Shown: positions 51,436-64,000 of the stretch, in pieces
Numbering within the stretch: the stretch's first letter is position 1
Layout of the letters: each line of letters starts with the position of its first letter
Assembly: GCA_977030845.1 (NCBI GenBank)
Contig: OZ365112.1
Location: forward strand, 18,724,001-18,788,000
Length of the DNA: 64,000 bases
Direction: 5' to 3'
Source: Fimbriosthenelais zetlandica
Taxonomy: Eukaryota
Made by a program: the position numbers and the translations under genes
The notes under the pieces: model-generated
What the model saw: the letters and a program-made list of their open reading frames with translations, nothing else
Told to the model about the DNA's origin: nothing
The model's database searches: none

Positions 51436-53393
51436 GTTGAAGCTGTTGTCACTCAGTCAAACTAAGAAAGAAGGATGATGATGCTTGTGAAGTAGTTTGC
51501 CACTATCTGCAAAAAAACAAATATGGACAAATTCAAACTAACTTGTTTCAACTGAGGTATTGTCGAATACAGATCCAATATTGCTTTGAGTGATCGTCCC
51601 TGTATTCGACAATTATTTGTTACAAATCACTAGAAACTGTTCGATAGGAGGGATTGATTATGTAGAGATTTATTTGGTTTACATTAGGTGGTGGTGGGAG
51701 GTCTGGGGTGGGGGAGAAACATTTGATGCCATGTGCCTAGCGGCACGTGCTGTAGAAACACCTGCGTCAGCAGCAGACACTGAGCTGAGTCTATTTCAGG
51801 GATGTGATCAATTTCACCCGGGGTCACAGATCAAATAACACGATGGTGGAGACGAGCAGGCGATTACTACACGACACCGATGAACGGCCCACAATTCTGG
51901 TTTTTGAGCAGATCTATGTACATGGAACGATAACCATACAAGCCATTTTGTCTTTTGCAATACACATGGTCAATACCACATCGTCTAAAAGTCAAGGCAG
52001 CTCTTATCCCAAATTCCTTGAACTTTTGCCCATTATTGGAGTATAAGTTCAGTATATCGTCAGAAATACTCAGCTTATTCATGAAAGACTAAGCATGCAT
52101 GTCCCCTAAAGGAATCCATGTAAGGCTGGAAAAATAATTCCTGGGAGGTGACGGGAAAGGGGATAAGGTGGGATCAGATTGAGGTGTTAGGGATAGAATA
52201 GGAACTTCTTCATAGCCTATGTCATGCTCTTCCCCTTCTATCAACTCAATTAGTGAATCTCATGTTCGTAATGTCACGGAAGAGGCAAGACTATGTGACA
52301 TAAAACGTGACATTCCTCCCATTCTGTTCCCATTCCTCCTGCAGCTGTTACTGAATGCTATCTTGGAACCAAGTTGCATATATACCATTAACATAAATTT
52401 GTGACTGAGTGACCAATGATGTGCCTTTCTATGGCCTTATGAACAGAGATGAAATTGAAATGCATTAGGAAAAGAGTTGTGGTTATGAACGCTCATTGCT
52501 TGGAATTTCAATGTAGTTCATTAATCTTGAATTAAAGAAAGGCAATATAGTAAAGCATTCTTGAAGTCGTTGATGTCAAGTTGATGTATACCGTTAATGT
52601 TAAAGAACATGATGGATCCAAGTGTATTTTAACGTCCCTTAAAAGTGCACTCTCCCTGGGGAAATCATACACAACAGCCGCAACACGATTCTGGTCTTCC
52701 CAGGAGGAGCCGATTAGGGGAGGTTTCCAACACGCTTCTAGTATACATAGGTGTATTTAAGGTGGAATCATCGCAGCAACTATATTTTGTGTGTTCTTCC
52801 ACTCAAACCAGAAATTATTGGCGGCAATGGAGAGAGGGCGCCAGTTTGAGTGACGTCATTGATCCCCAGATCTACAGATGTTTTCTTGAAATAACTTGCT
52901 AAATACTCTATATTTTCTTATCAAATGGATTTCAAGATAAATAATACAAGGGTTCTTTTTATAAAAACCTACGTGATACTAATGTGTCCCCCTTTAATGA
53001 CATCTTCTAATCAAGCGCATCAAGGATTACAAGTTTTAATGCTATACTCTTCAGTCTTACGTTGACTGCCCATTTCATCCGTTTCAGACGTTTTTTTGGG
53101 TTCAAGTCCAGGCTGGCCTCTCCAACAGTGAATCTATTCCAAACCAGTTGGAAGAATTATGCAAATGAACTTCAGGCAAAGGTTTGCCATATAAAATACA
53201 GAATTCAGCCAGTTTCTGTAATTTCTAACGGGGTCTGAACTATGTATGACACTCTACAAATTATATTGATGCGTATACACATAAAATATAACAAAACCTT
53301 CACATTAGGCCTACCTTAATTTCTTTTGTTTTGTTGTGCCCCACTCGCAAAGATGGTATATATCATTAAAGGTAGGTTAAACAAGTAGGTTAT

Positions 53394-54302
53394 TAGGTGA
53401 AGCGTGGAAAGTGTGAAACCGTGTTTAGTGACCCGTTCCGGTTGAAAGTGCGTAAAACCATAAATATGAATCCTCTTTCTAATGATATATAATATGGTTT
53501 GAGTAAATAATGCGTTACAAGCCATAAAAAATAGAAAGTTAACGATACCTCCCATTGAATGTGAACATTCCCCTTGTTAACTACAGCATCTGTCGCAGGA
53601 AAAATCTTGTTATGACTCCTGCGAGGGATAGCTAGCTGCACTTGCAAATTATCTGTCGCAGCGCCAGAGCGAGGTTTCAAGAACTGCTCCAGGACGTGCT
53701 GGAATTTTCTGTCAGAGCATTTTCTCTCACTGCAGTCCCGGGGAGGGCTTGCTGCAACTTGCGCAGGTTATTCCCTGCCATTTTCTCCCTGTGACAGATA
53801 CAGTTATAGAACAGGGGGAATCTAGTTTAATAGGTGAACCTTGAAAAGTGTAAATTCGTGTTCAGTGACCCATTGTAGTTGTGTATATACCATCAATATG
53901 AATCGTCTGTGTATTGGTATATAGGCCTACAATGGTTTAAGGAAATAATAGGTTACAAACCATATAGTGATGGCCAGTTTATGCATTAGTCACAAAAATC
54001 TTCTATGAGCACTTGTGTTAATGTTAATATTGCCATAGAAAATCTGTCACAGGAAAAAGTCTGGATAGCTGGCTCCCACTTGCAAATTATCTGTCGCAGC
54101 GCTGAAGCGAGAGATTTTCACTGCTCCAGGACTGCTCATGCTGGAGTTTTCTGTCACAGCATTTTCTCTAACTGCAGGCCCTGTGAGGGCTTGCTGCAAC
54201 TTGCGCAGGATATTCCCCGCCATTTTCTTCCTGTGACAGATCCTGGCCAATGAAAGTTTGTTTTCCTGTGACAGATACAGTCATACAACAGGGGGAATCT
54301 AG
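53394..54302. repeat. Diverged tandem duplication (~440-470 bp unit) containing a TIR-bounded, MITE-like element
   Basis: Units 53394-53824 and 53831-54302 begin TAGGTGAA and end AACAGGGGGAATCTAG. In unit 1, ATTCCCCTTGTT (53567-53578) and AACAGGGGGAAT (53810-53821) are 11/12 inverted repeats. About nine copies of the motif (A)TCTGTC(A/G)CAG occur in both orientations. Confidence 0.8.
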
Positions 54303-57300
54303 GCATGAGTTGAGTTATTTGCTGTTTCTACCTGATCAAACTGAAGTCACTTTAAATGAATTGATCATGGTGGAAACATTGGAAACAAGGGTAATATCAT
54401 TTTAACTGGAACTGGAGTTATGACGAAATGATCGATTACGGCGGCGATTCTGTTTTTGTTGCAATTTGTCGTGGTAAAATGCAAAAATTGAGAGTGGCAT
54501 CCGCCAGATTCTGATTCTGATTTTTAATGTGGGATACCTAATGTTTGTACCTAATGATTTGTTTAGATGCCTGAAAATTTCTAAGGAAAATGTAATAGTC
54601 AGATCTGGAGGCATTGTTCCTCCGTAATTCTACGGTGGTGAATCTTGGAGTGCAGCCTGACCTGAGGTCTCATGACAGAGGTGCCGACCTGAGTGACATG
54701 ACCTGACCAGCTAATACTATAACCCTCTAATGGCCTGCAATATCCCTAAGGCTTTTTTTACACAGGTTTGAGGAGGAAACTATTATCTTACCCTCCTTTC
54801 ATACATAAGTTTCTAATATATAAAGCGTACATAGGCCACGGGGAGAATGGAGAACACATTCTTCACTCGTACAGATATTCAAAGAGAATATGAGGGAATT
54901 GTTACTTGAAAGATACAGCTGCATCTCTTAATGGTATTACTTTTATAAATGAACTGATGGAATTTATATCATAAAAGCGATATTGTAAAGAAAGCTTGTA
55001 TCGCAAGAGCATTTGAAGTATTCTTTTAGAATATACATGCCGTTACGCGAGTTTCTGTAGCAGAAAAACTGCCTTTGTGACATGTGCACTGTCCCATTTT
55101 CTGTCCCTTCCTCCTTCGAATTGAAAGGACATCTCTTGCTAATTCTTTTTTCCACTGACCTCAAGCTGAGATAATTCCGCCGGGGTTGTATTCCCGACAG
55201 GCCTGTACGGCGTTAAGCCTTTAAATGGTATACAGACCACAGGTCAAAGAAACCAGATTGTCCAGTCTTTGACCAGGGACATCATTTACAGCTGAATTGG
55301 TTTCTAGAAGCTTGTACTTCCAATGAAGCTTAACTGCAGACATGGAGACCTGCCAATGGGACACATTGGTGTACTCAAGAAAACATTAAGGACATACACA
55401 ATAAATAATAAACCCTTGACTACCGGTCGACCAGTAAATGATATACAGTATAACGGTACATTGAATGTAGTACAGAGAAATGTTCCATATGCCCAGTTAT
55501 AAGGATGTGGTGTCGATATAATTTTGTGGTTCAATACTATGTAGGCCTATACATGTACATGGTTTCCATGCCTGAATATGCAAGTGAAATAAGAGTTTAT
55601 ATTTATTTCACGTATAACTAATCATACTTTTCAAAGAAGAACACAGTACACTCTGTGAAGACAGGATCTTTGGATCTTCAAAGAGGAGAGGCATCCCAGG
55701 GTGAGTGGAGGGCTTTTATATCTCTAGTGCGAGGTCTTTAAGATCATCAACACCTGGGAAAGAATTAATCGCCCTGAGCAGGGGAGTAGGATGGGACGGG
55801 GTGTAATGCATCAAGCGACTCCTCGGGCGATTTATGGGGAACGCCTCTCTAACATAAAGCCTCTACCATCTCATGCTCTCCCTCTGGGAAAAGAAGAAAA
55901 TATGTTCATGCCTCCTAGCCCCAGATCGAAAAGGACCTTATATATAGATCCCTTTCATTCGAATTAAAGGGAGAATCCTCTGCTTCGATCGAGTGCATTC
56001 CAGTTTGAATAAGAAGCTCGCCATTTAAAACAAGGAAAAGCTTGAGTGTAAATCGTATAGCTCGCTGTTGTTAGTTGGACGGGCCCGCGCCGTGCTTTTC
56101 CCTTGGGAACTATTTTCTCTTTGCGAAGGGACCTCAGTAGATTGCTTGATGCGGACTACACAATGTATCACTCACGGGAGAAGCTCCTTTAAGATTACTG
56201 CGAGTTCCATTTTTTAACTCCTGGCTGTGTATTAATTTCGTGTAACCTTCTTCCCCTATGTATGATTTTTGCACGGGCAAGATGCGTAACATATACTTTG
56301 CGTTAAAAAAATGTCAAGTTTATCCATATAGCAAGTAGGAAATTGCTATCCTTGCAATAATAAAGGTACCGTATAGACCACTTAGATGAGAACTATATTT
56401 AACGATCATTCTATATTATTATATAATATTAGTGATATTCTGAACATATTTCCTTGGTTTTCCGTTCTCAAAGTTTAATCAAAGCCCGATTTAGGATTAT
56501 GCACTGAATGGAAGAAAACATTTCAAAGACAGTCTCTGCAACTTGGTCTTGTTTAAACCAACCACAATTATCCATCGGAACCTCTGTTTGGATTCCTCGT
56601 ATGAGGATTTTACCGGAGGGTAAAAATTTCAATTAACAACCGACACTGGTAGCAGAACAAGTGGACGACATTTACTGAAACCCTATCATGTTGCCTCCCG
56701 CGCTGTTTGCCGCTAGTGCGGCAGATCCTGGCTCAAGAGAATCTGTTCAGCCCAAGGGAAAAGTACTCATGTTGTCGTCTCTCATAGAAACGCTTCTCGT
56801 AGGCTGGCTTCCAAACGGCCTGCCTTCATAGAACTATATATAATATCATCCTGGGATCCACTGTACTGATTTTTATACTTCGTTTAACAAACAGTTCAGA
56901 TTCACTTATGATTTGTAAATAATTGATAGCCATACCCGATTTTTGTCATCTTATACTAACTGATGAAATATTTGATATTTTTAAATTTGTCTGATTTTTA
57001 TGCCAAACGGTCAACAATTGATGACACACTCGCGTAGTATGGTCCTGGTTTGGGAGTAAGATGGGATATGCTGTATTGTGTGAGCATGGCCAGGAAAGGC
57101 AGATACAAGAGCCCAACTCAGAACATGTGGTCCGAATAACTAGCCAAAAAGAGGGCTTTAAGTAGGGTGGTGAAGGATTGACTAGGGACTGACTGAAAGG
57201 TATTGCTGCTATATTAAACAGATAGACTTACTTGTGAGGGAAGAGTGGGAGAGGATGTAGACCCGAGATGATACAATACTCAAGATGCTGGCCCAGACAC

Positions 57301-59286
57301 TGGAATGTATGGCAGTCTGCTAAGCATGCAGGAAGCAATTGGAAAATCTACAGGCTTTAATATTTAAATGAAGCGTCTAAATGTATGTGAATAATTCCTT
57401 TTCTCTCCCATATCAGCAGTAACGCCAATGGAATTGTAGCGCTTTGAGCACAGTGTTGGTGAAAAGTAAATGTACAGACAGAAAATGTGTACGCTGGAAT
57501 AATTCTTTCTTCTGAGTTGTATTTTCCTGTGATGAATGTAAATGGTGAATCTCTATGGTGAAAATATGTTCTTACATTTTCGTGAAGTATTTCCATGAAA
57601 GATACGACTGGAAGTGAATTGATATATTTCTCTTTCCTATTTCCAGGGAGGTATTGCAAATAATTTGGACAGTTTTCAATGTATTCCCTTTTCCTTTCCT
57701 TCTGTCCACCTGTCTATCCAACCACAGGTTGGCTGTCTGTTTTGCCCTCTCCTCTGTCTGTATATACCTGCCTGTGTTGGATTAGGAGAGATAGTGGTTG
57801 TGAGGACAGAGAGTGGAGAGTGGGGAGAGAGTTGGTGAAGATGCCGCTAATGAAGTAAGGTGTGTTACTGCTGGCGCCGATGGCCTGGCTACTAACTAAC
57901 CAGGCTCTCCTCCCGGCACCAGCTGCCACCCTCCACATCCCCTCCTCCTCCAGCCTCCTACCTTCTTCCTCCCCCAGTTCATCCCTGCTTTGTTTGTACC
58001 ATGCATGCACTACATGATGACCAAAGCGACACCTGGGATTGAGGTGTTCAATGTAGTACCTGTCAACATTGGTATCTCATGGAAAGGCAGGAAATCATCA
58101 CTTTTTAGTTTTTTTAAAAATTATTGTTCTAAGAAGATTTTTCAAATTCTGGAATTGCAATACATCTTAATACCAGTCAATCATGTCCTCATAAAACAGA
58201 CGGTTGGAGCGTTTGTGAGACATTGAGATATGCAGTGGTGAAGTTGAGGTCAGCATGCGACTGTACGGTCAAACTAAAGTCAAGGCAGAAAGTCACATCC
58301 ACGCCTCGAGATCATTCTTTCCAGTATTCGGGATGGGCAGGCTGATCTGTAAATGCTGGGTTACACAAACCGATGTTTCAATCGACCTACCATCAGATTG
58401 ACATAAAAGCTACAAAATATAATATAAATGAGGAAACGTCACATATTTGACATTATGTAAACGAAGGATGATTCTCTGTCTAAATCAGAACCTCATGAAA
58501 GAACCTCCAAACAGTAGAAATCCAAATTTAAAATCGTCATAGTGAACCCCAGACTTAATGAAGCTAATCAAGTGGCACCAAATAATTGTCAATTTGTGGG
58601 AGCATGGCCTTGGCTTTGCCACCCTCGAGCAACAAGTGCCGGAACCGCTAAAACAAGGTTAACATATATAATGCCCCGCTAGAACAAGCCTCGACTGAGA
58701 TGTTGGATTAAAAAAGCTATACATAGCACGGAATACTAATGCTATGGTCAGATTCGACGTGAAAGTGCACAAAATATTTCAATATTTATATTAAGCAAAA
58801 CTAAATGTTTATCCACTATATAAATCACTCATTTCAGCCATTAATATCTGTTTTTATTATTGAGAATTAAAATTTCTCCGGCCAAGTTTTATGTGACACT
58901 GGGATTCCACTATATTTCTTTTTTTACCTCTCACTAAATATACCTTGGTATCTATGGAGAACTGGCCAGTTTCTATTCTGTGCAGTCAATATAATGATAC
59001 GCATTATTAGCTTTCTCTCATTTCTCTTCGTCCATTTTAAAAGCTTGCTCGTTCCCGAAAAAGCACGTTTCTTATTCTTTAACATCATTTGGTCACAGAT
59101 TAGTGAGGTGCGATTTTAAAAAGCCCCGGAAGCTTGTGAGCAGCATGTGGTCAAGCCTGTCGGAGCTTGTAGGAGCATGTTGACTATTTACCCGGTCAGA
59201 GTGGACACTGGTCAGTTATTGGTGGAAGGCTGGTCATTTCCGATTTTAACTTTCTCACCGCACACCTCATCTGAGGTACTTACAGC

Positions 59287-62200
59287 ATGGACTTGATTTA
59301 CATCTCTCTCCTTTACTGCTTCTTACTCCTGCAACTTATAAAAGGTAAGATATTACATTTACAATATTTATAACTTTAAGTCTTAAATAAATAGTAACTG
59401 TAACAGACCAAAAAGTTATTATGTACACTATATATACATGTATTATTATGATATTTCCCTAGAAGTAATAGGATTTCCATTTTTGCAAGTATTACAGCCT
59501 TATTTGTATAATGATGGATCTATTAGTGGAGGTGGAATTCTATGAATTACTATGATTATTTAAAAAGATGCCTCTGGATATTTACATACCACAACTTTTG
59601 GGGAAAACGGTTTCTTATATGCTATGCAAAAGGAAATTTTACATACCTCCGAAGCAAGGAAAGCAAGGCTACTTAACCATTAATACCACTGACTCATTCA
59701 GTGACTTCCTAAGCCAGGCTCTTAAGCCTTTGGAAACACCTAAGCACACGAAACTCACTAATATCAAGTCACTAATAGACCCTGACGGTAATTATAATAA
59801 CATTAACAGGCCTTTCTTAACGACTGAGTGGACACTAGCTGTCAACATTGGATAAATGTGAAATAGGGGGAAAAAAAAGAAACTTCCCTTCCTTATAATT
59901 ACTTTTCATTCATTCATTCATTCATTCATTTATTGTACTCTCACTGCTTCTATTCTACAGCTCAATCTTGTCCTGGAACACAGACGTCCACGGGATGTTA
60001 CGTCGTTGGCATGAATCAGTTAGACTGGGATAGTGCTAAGGCAGCCTGTCAGAATACAGCCAGTAGCATGAACCGGCCTGGCTTTGGCCATCTTGCTTCA
60101 ATCACAGATGATGTTCAATATACGTCAATCAAAACTATGATCAATGATCTTATCAAAAAGCAAACCACCTTTGCGGCCATCGATGTCATTAGAAAAATGT
60201 GGATTGGCGGTAAAGAAGAGAAGGGAAATGTACCACTTCCTAATTGGAGATGGCTTGATGGTAAGCCTAATAAATGATCTTAACTTTTTCCTGTTTCGGT
60301 TTGATATAATCCAATTAGGCTACAATAATTTTTAGGGATTCTGACAATTTATAGGGGTTGGTAGTTTAAATTAAATGAATTTTATTCCCTTTAGATTCAC
60401 TGGAGCCTATGAATTACCAAGGCTGCTTTGTTCACAACCCTTCTCAACCCGATTTCGCATATGCCAAGCAGTTTACTGGCAAGTTTTCTCCAGAAATATG
60501 TATTTCCCATTGCTACACATTAGGATACAGTGTAGCAGCAACACGAGTGAGTATTTTACTTGTCATCTATTTTAATTCCTCTTCAATAAGGATTATATTC
60601 TGTTATTTAAAGAGAAATTCATCACTTTTTTCAGAAAGGTGATACTTGTAGCTGTGGGAATTCGTTCCAAGCTAAAGGCGGGACTTCTGACAAGTGCAAC
60701 ATCGACTGCCTTAACAACATCCACATTGGTTCATGTGGAGGTTTAAATAGCAATCAAGTTTATATGATAAATGGTAGGTTTCACTTCAAGTTATTCTTTA
60801 AAAGGATGTGAAACACTCAGTATAAACTTATTTTCCTTAGTAGTTCTGACCTAATGTTTTGTCGAAGCTGTTGAATTAGCCAATCCAAGATGTTTGATTA
60901 GTCAATAAGAATGAAGGGAATAGTTTCTGTCTTTTCCATTTAAGAAAACTGAACTCCTCGAAGAATTATAATGATATAATGATCGCCCAATACCCAATTT
61001 CCCTGGTATTTGTTATTGTAAACCACTTAGTCCTGTTCAAAATGTGTTAATGTTACATTCTTTTCATCTCTTAGGTTCTTTTAGTGACTGGAACTTTAAC
61101 CAGCCAAATAATTTTGATGGGTATCAGACCTGTGGCCATGTGGAACTCCAGCACTCAAAGTCAAATATATATGTTATGGGCGATAAGTTCTGCAGGGAAC
61201 TACATCGATATGCCTGCTCAGTTGGTAAGAATCTTTGTAAACTCTAGTTATTAGATGGACAACCAGTTTGAAAAATCTTATTAATTTCCTAGATATTTTA
61301 TCTATAATTAGGTCTAATTTCCCCCCAATAAATGAATGAATTAAGTTACGAATTAATTAATTAAAAATGGATTGACTTGATAATTTTCTCTTTTCTCTTC
61401 AGATCAGGTAAAGTGTGACAACAGGGAACCCTTCACCTACAAGGCTGGCGGTCGCTGTGTTTATTATGAGATTTATAACAGAGCTAACTGGTTTAACGCC
61501 CGGCAGAAATGTCGCTCTAAAGGAGGAGATCTGCTAGTAGCTTCATCCAATGAGATCATGGCAGATTTAACTTCTACACTTGTTCAGGTTTTACGGATGA
61601 ATGAACCTTTCTGGATTGGCATGTATAGCCGCAAAATGATGTGGGATGATGGTAAGAACCAAGATTGGCTCATCTTTGCTCTCAGCCCTGTACTCATTCC
61701 TAGCTGTTCATACCAAGTTTAAAGTCAGCATTAAACATCGACAATCTTACCGAATAAGTATCACTTTTCAGGCCGTTTAATTAAGTTAATTAAGTCAGAC
61801 ATAAATTTATTGAAATTTAACAATGATATAACGTGTATGTGGGTCCTGCTTGTATTACTTCTACATTGAATATTCTGTGAATTCTTGTCCAATCATGTAT
61901 GGATCCTCCACTGCGGAGTATTAATAGTTCTGTCTATTTGAAGCAATATTCAAATGGCAGGTGTTTGGCACTTCTCATACCGTCTTTTGTTATCTCTTAC
62001 CTATCTCCAGGCGAGGAATTCTTATTCAGCGACTTCCCTAGCTCACATCCAATAAATAAGGATTACAACTGTATAAGATTGGTCTCTAACCAGCAAGGTG
62101 TTTACTCATGGGAAGACTATGACTGCTCCAAAAAGCTCTCCCATTTATGCTTTATTGGTAAGTAACAAATTATTTAACATAATGTCAATGCATAGATCTG

Positions 62201-63996
62201 ATGAAAACGATAATAATAGTTACATGTAATATAAACCTACAGAAAGGATCAATGTATATAATGAGCATTTCCATTACCATTACACACTATATTACCATTA
62301 CAGATACAGTAACTCCTCTACCAACAACGACTAAACGACCAACTACCAAACAAATTACAATCGTTCCTGTTAGACCTACAACTGTAAAAGCCGCCATGAA
62401 TACAGGTGAGAATAACTAGTCTGAACGGTATAAATAATTTTAAATATTATTTCTGAATATTTTAGATAATTATATGACTGTTATAAGCGGTGACCAGGGA
62501 TGAATCATCTCAATTTAGTCCTCCTATTTATGTTTCAGAATCATCGGCCTTCACTACTTCTAATGGTAAATAATTTTGTAATTTCGTAGCTACGGAATGT
62601 TATGATATATTTACATAATTACCAGAAACTTCACTTCAAGGTATCAAATTATGATATTGAGGTGCAATTTTACATTGCAGTGACACAGAATGTGACCCTA
62701 TATCCCTACAATATCACGTTCTCCACGGTATCTCCGGTAAACACTACAGATCCTGGGAGTGGCGCGTCTATGAACGATGGTGACGGGAACAATACCCTTT
62801 ATATAGGTAATTAATCATAGGTCCTTCTTACTAGTGAAAAGTGCTTTTCAATAATGATACATATTTATATATCCCTAGATTCTTGAAGCCAGTATTAGTT
62901 ATATTGTTGTTTTCGGACATGGCATTTTATAATTTCGTAATATCCTTGGCGACAACTTGGTTTATCCGAGGTAAATATCTAACTTATAAACATTATTCTC
63001 TCGTTTTTTCCAGTCATTGGAGTAGTGGGTGGAGTGCTGCTACTTACCATCATTATTTCAGTTATCATTTACATAGTCACAAAGAGTAAATCTGAGTGAG
63101 TAATTTTCCTACATAGCATTTTATACCTTGATAATTGTTACTAAGCGATTGAGTTCATTTTTTATCCAGAACATGGCTCAGTGAGAATTAAACAGTACTT
63201 TCCATGCCCTCTCTTTAGGAGTTTCCAGTCAGGACATGTACATCCAGATAAGAGTAAAAATCATGCGCTGCCACCAGATTCAGATAGAACTAATACTTCC
63301 TCACCCAGACGAGGTGTAGACGAATCCTCCACAGTGACCACCAGCAGTAAGATCTACCTACCATCTCTACCTCAAATTATTCACCTTTTCATTTTGTTTG
63401 TTTTATGTACATGTATAATTATTGTTGTCCTGTTCCTGTATGTTTATTTTTTAATTTTAGGAATACAACCGACTGTCGAGCCCCTGCCTGAACTGCTAAG
63501 GACACCAAGACGAGACCATGAGTCACGATTCAGACTTGAACGTGAGTTGATCAGTTTTTTAAAGCTTGTAAGAATGAATAACAAATAATGAAGGTAGTAG
63601 GAATGATGTACATTGACAATACATTGAAAGTATAGGTATTGTATTTAATCAGATGATCTTTTATTTATATTTTAGCCCTCGAACTTCCTACAGTAAAAGA
63701 GAAGAAGAAAAAAGACAAGAAATCAAAGTAAGTATACCAATTATATCCCCGTCATAAATTCTTCATTCAATATTTTGATACCTCATAAACATTACTTTAT
63801 GCCAGGGATCTGATGTCACGGTTTATAGTGTTATGGGGATTTCAATTTCAGGAAGGATAGAGAAGGGAAACAGAATGGAAGCAATGGGACAGACAACAAG
63901 CGCAGGAAGAAGTCGAAGAAGACGCATCTGGACGATCCACCGGCTTCCTATGGTAACGCGGTGGTGGATATGAGCTTGGCAGAACATAATTATTAA
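59287..63996 (+). CDS. Type I membrane C-type lectin: signal peptide, CTLD1 with nested WSC domain, CTLD2, Thr-rich stalk, TM, basic cytoplasmic tail
   Basis: Exons 59287-59344, 59961-60260, 60395-60546, 60635-60773, 61075-61224, 61403-61651, 62011-62157, stalk exons from about 62305, TM exon from about 63014 (VIGVVGGVLLLTIIISVIIYIV), tail exons ending HNY-TAA at 63996. CTLD motifs WDSAKAAC, MWIGG, WFNARQKC, FWIGM, WEDYDC. Some stalk and tail boundaries are approximate. Confidence 0.88.
59905..59930 (+). repeat. (TTCA)n microsatellite
   Basis: About six TTCA units in the intron before the CTLD1 exon. Confidence 0.9.
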
Positions 63997-64000
63997 ATTA

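Noticed and set aside
57060-58010. Purine/pyrimidine-skewed segments and a 98-aa ORF as a hidden gene or retroelement
   Set aside because: No domain, TSD, LTR or poly(A) tail was recognised. Possibly non-coding 5' exons of SLC45 (donors near 57229 and 57765), but unsupported.

Overview
Eukaryotic, intron-rich, AT-rich animal genomic DNA, most likely a marine invertebrate (inferred, taxon not identified). Eight protein-coding genes lie wholly inside the window and a ninth runs off the left edge; most exon chains were reconstructed by hand from splice sites and phase. In order: BZW/5MP (-, partial, hosting two copies of an intronic C/D snoRNA); MRPL45 (+); a ~1346-aa dispersed C2H2 zinc-finger protein (-) with a long putative 3'UTR and an ~11 kb 5' region; a ZER1/ZYG11-family CRL2 receptor (+); a GTSF1/Asterix-like CHHC protein (-); VCPKMT/METTL21D (+); FRRS1 (-); an SLC45 transporter (-); and a type I membrane C-type lectin (+). 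Top leads: (1) the GTSF1-like piRNA factor carries RG motifs plus a C-terminal PYM/eIF2A-like helical module, reached only through two consecutive probable GC-AG introns; (2) the lectin has a complete WSC domain nested inside its first CTLD; (3) the zinc-finger 3'UTR is rich in miR-8/200 seed sites and the protein carries CtBP-type motifs (ZEB-like circuit); (4) the duplicated snoRNA has a conserved guide that does not fit a methylation site I can name. No CRISPR, tRNA or rRNA genes were seen. All homology calls come from recalled family sequences, not from database searches.
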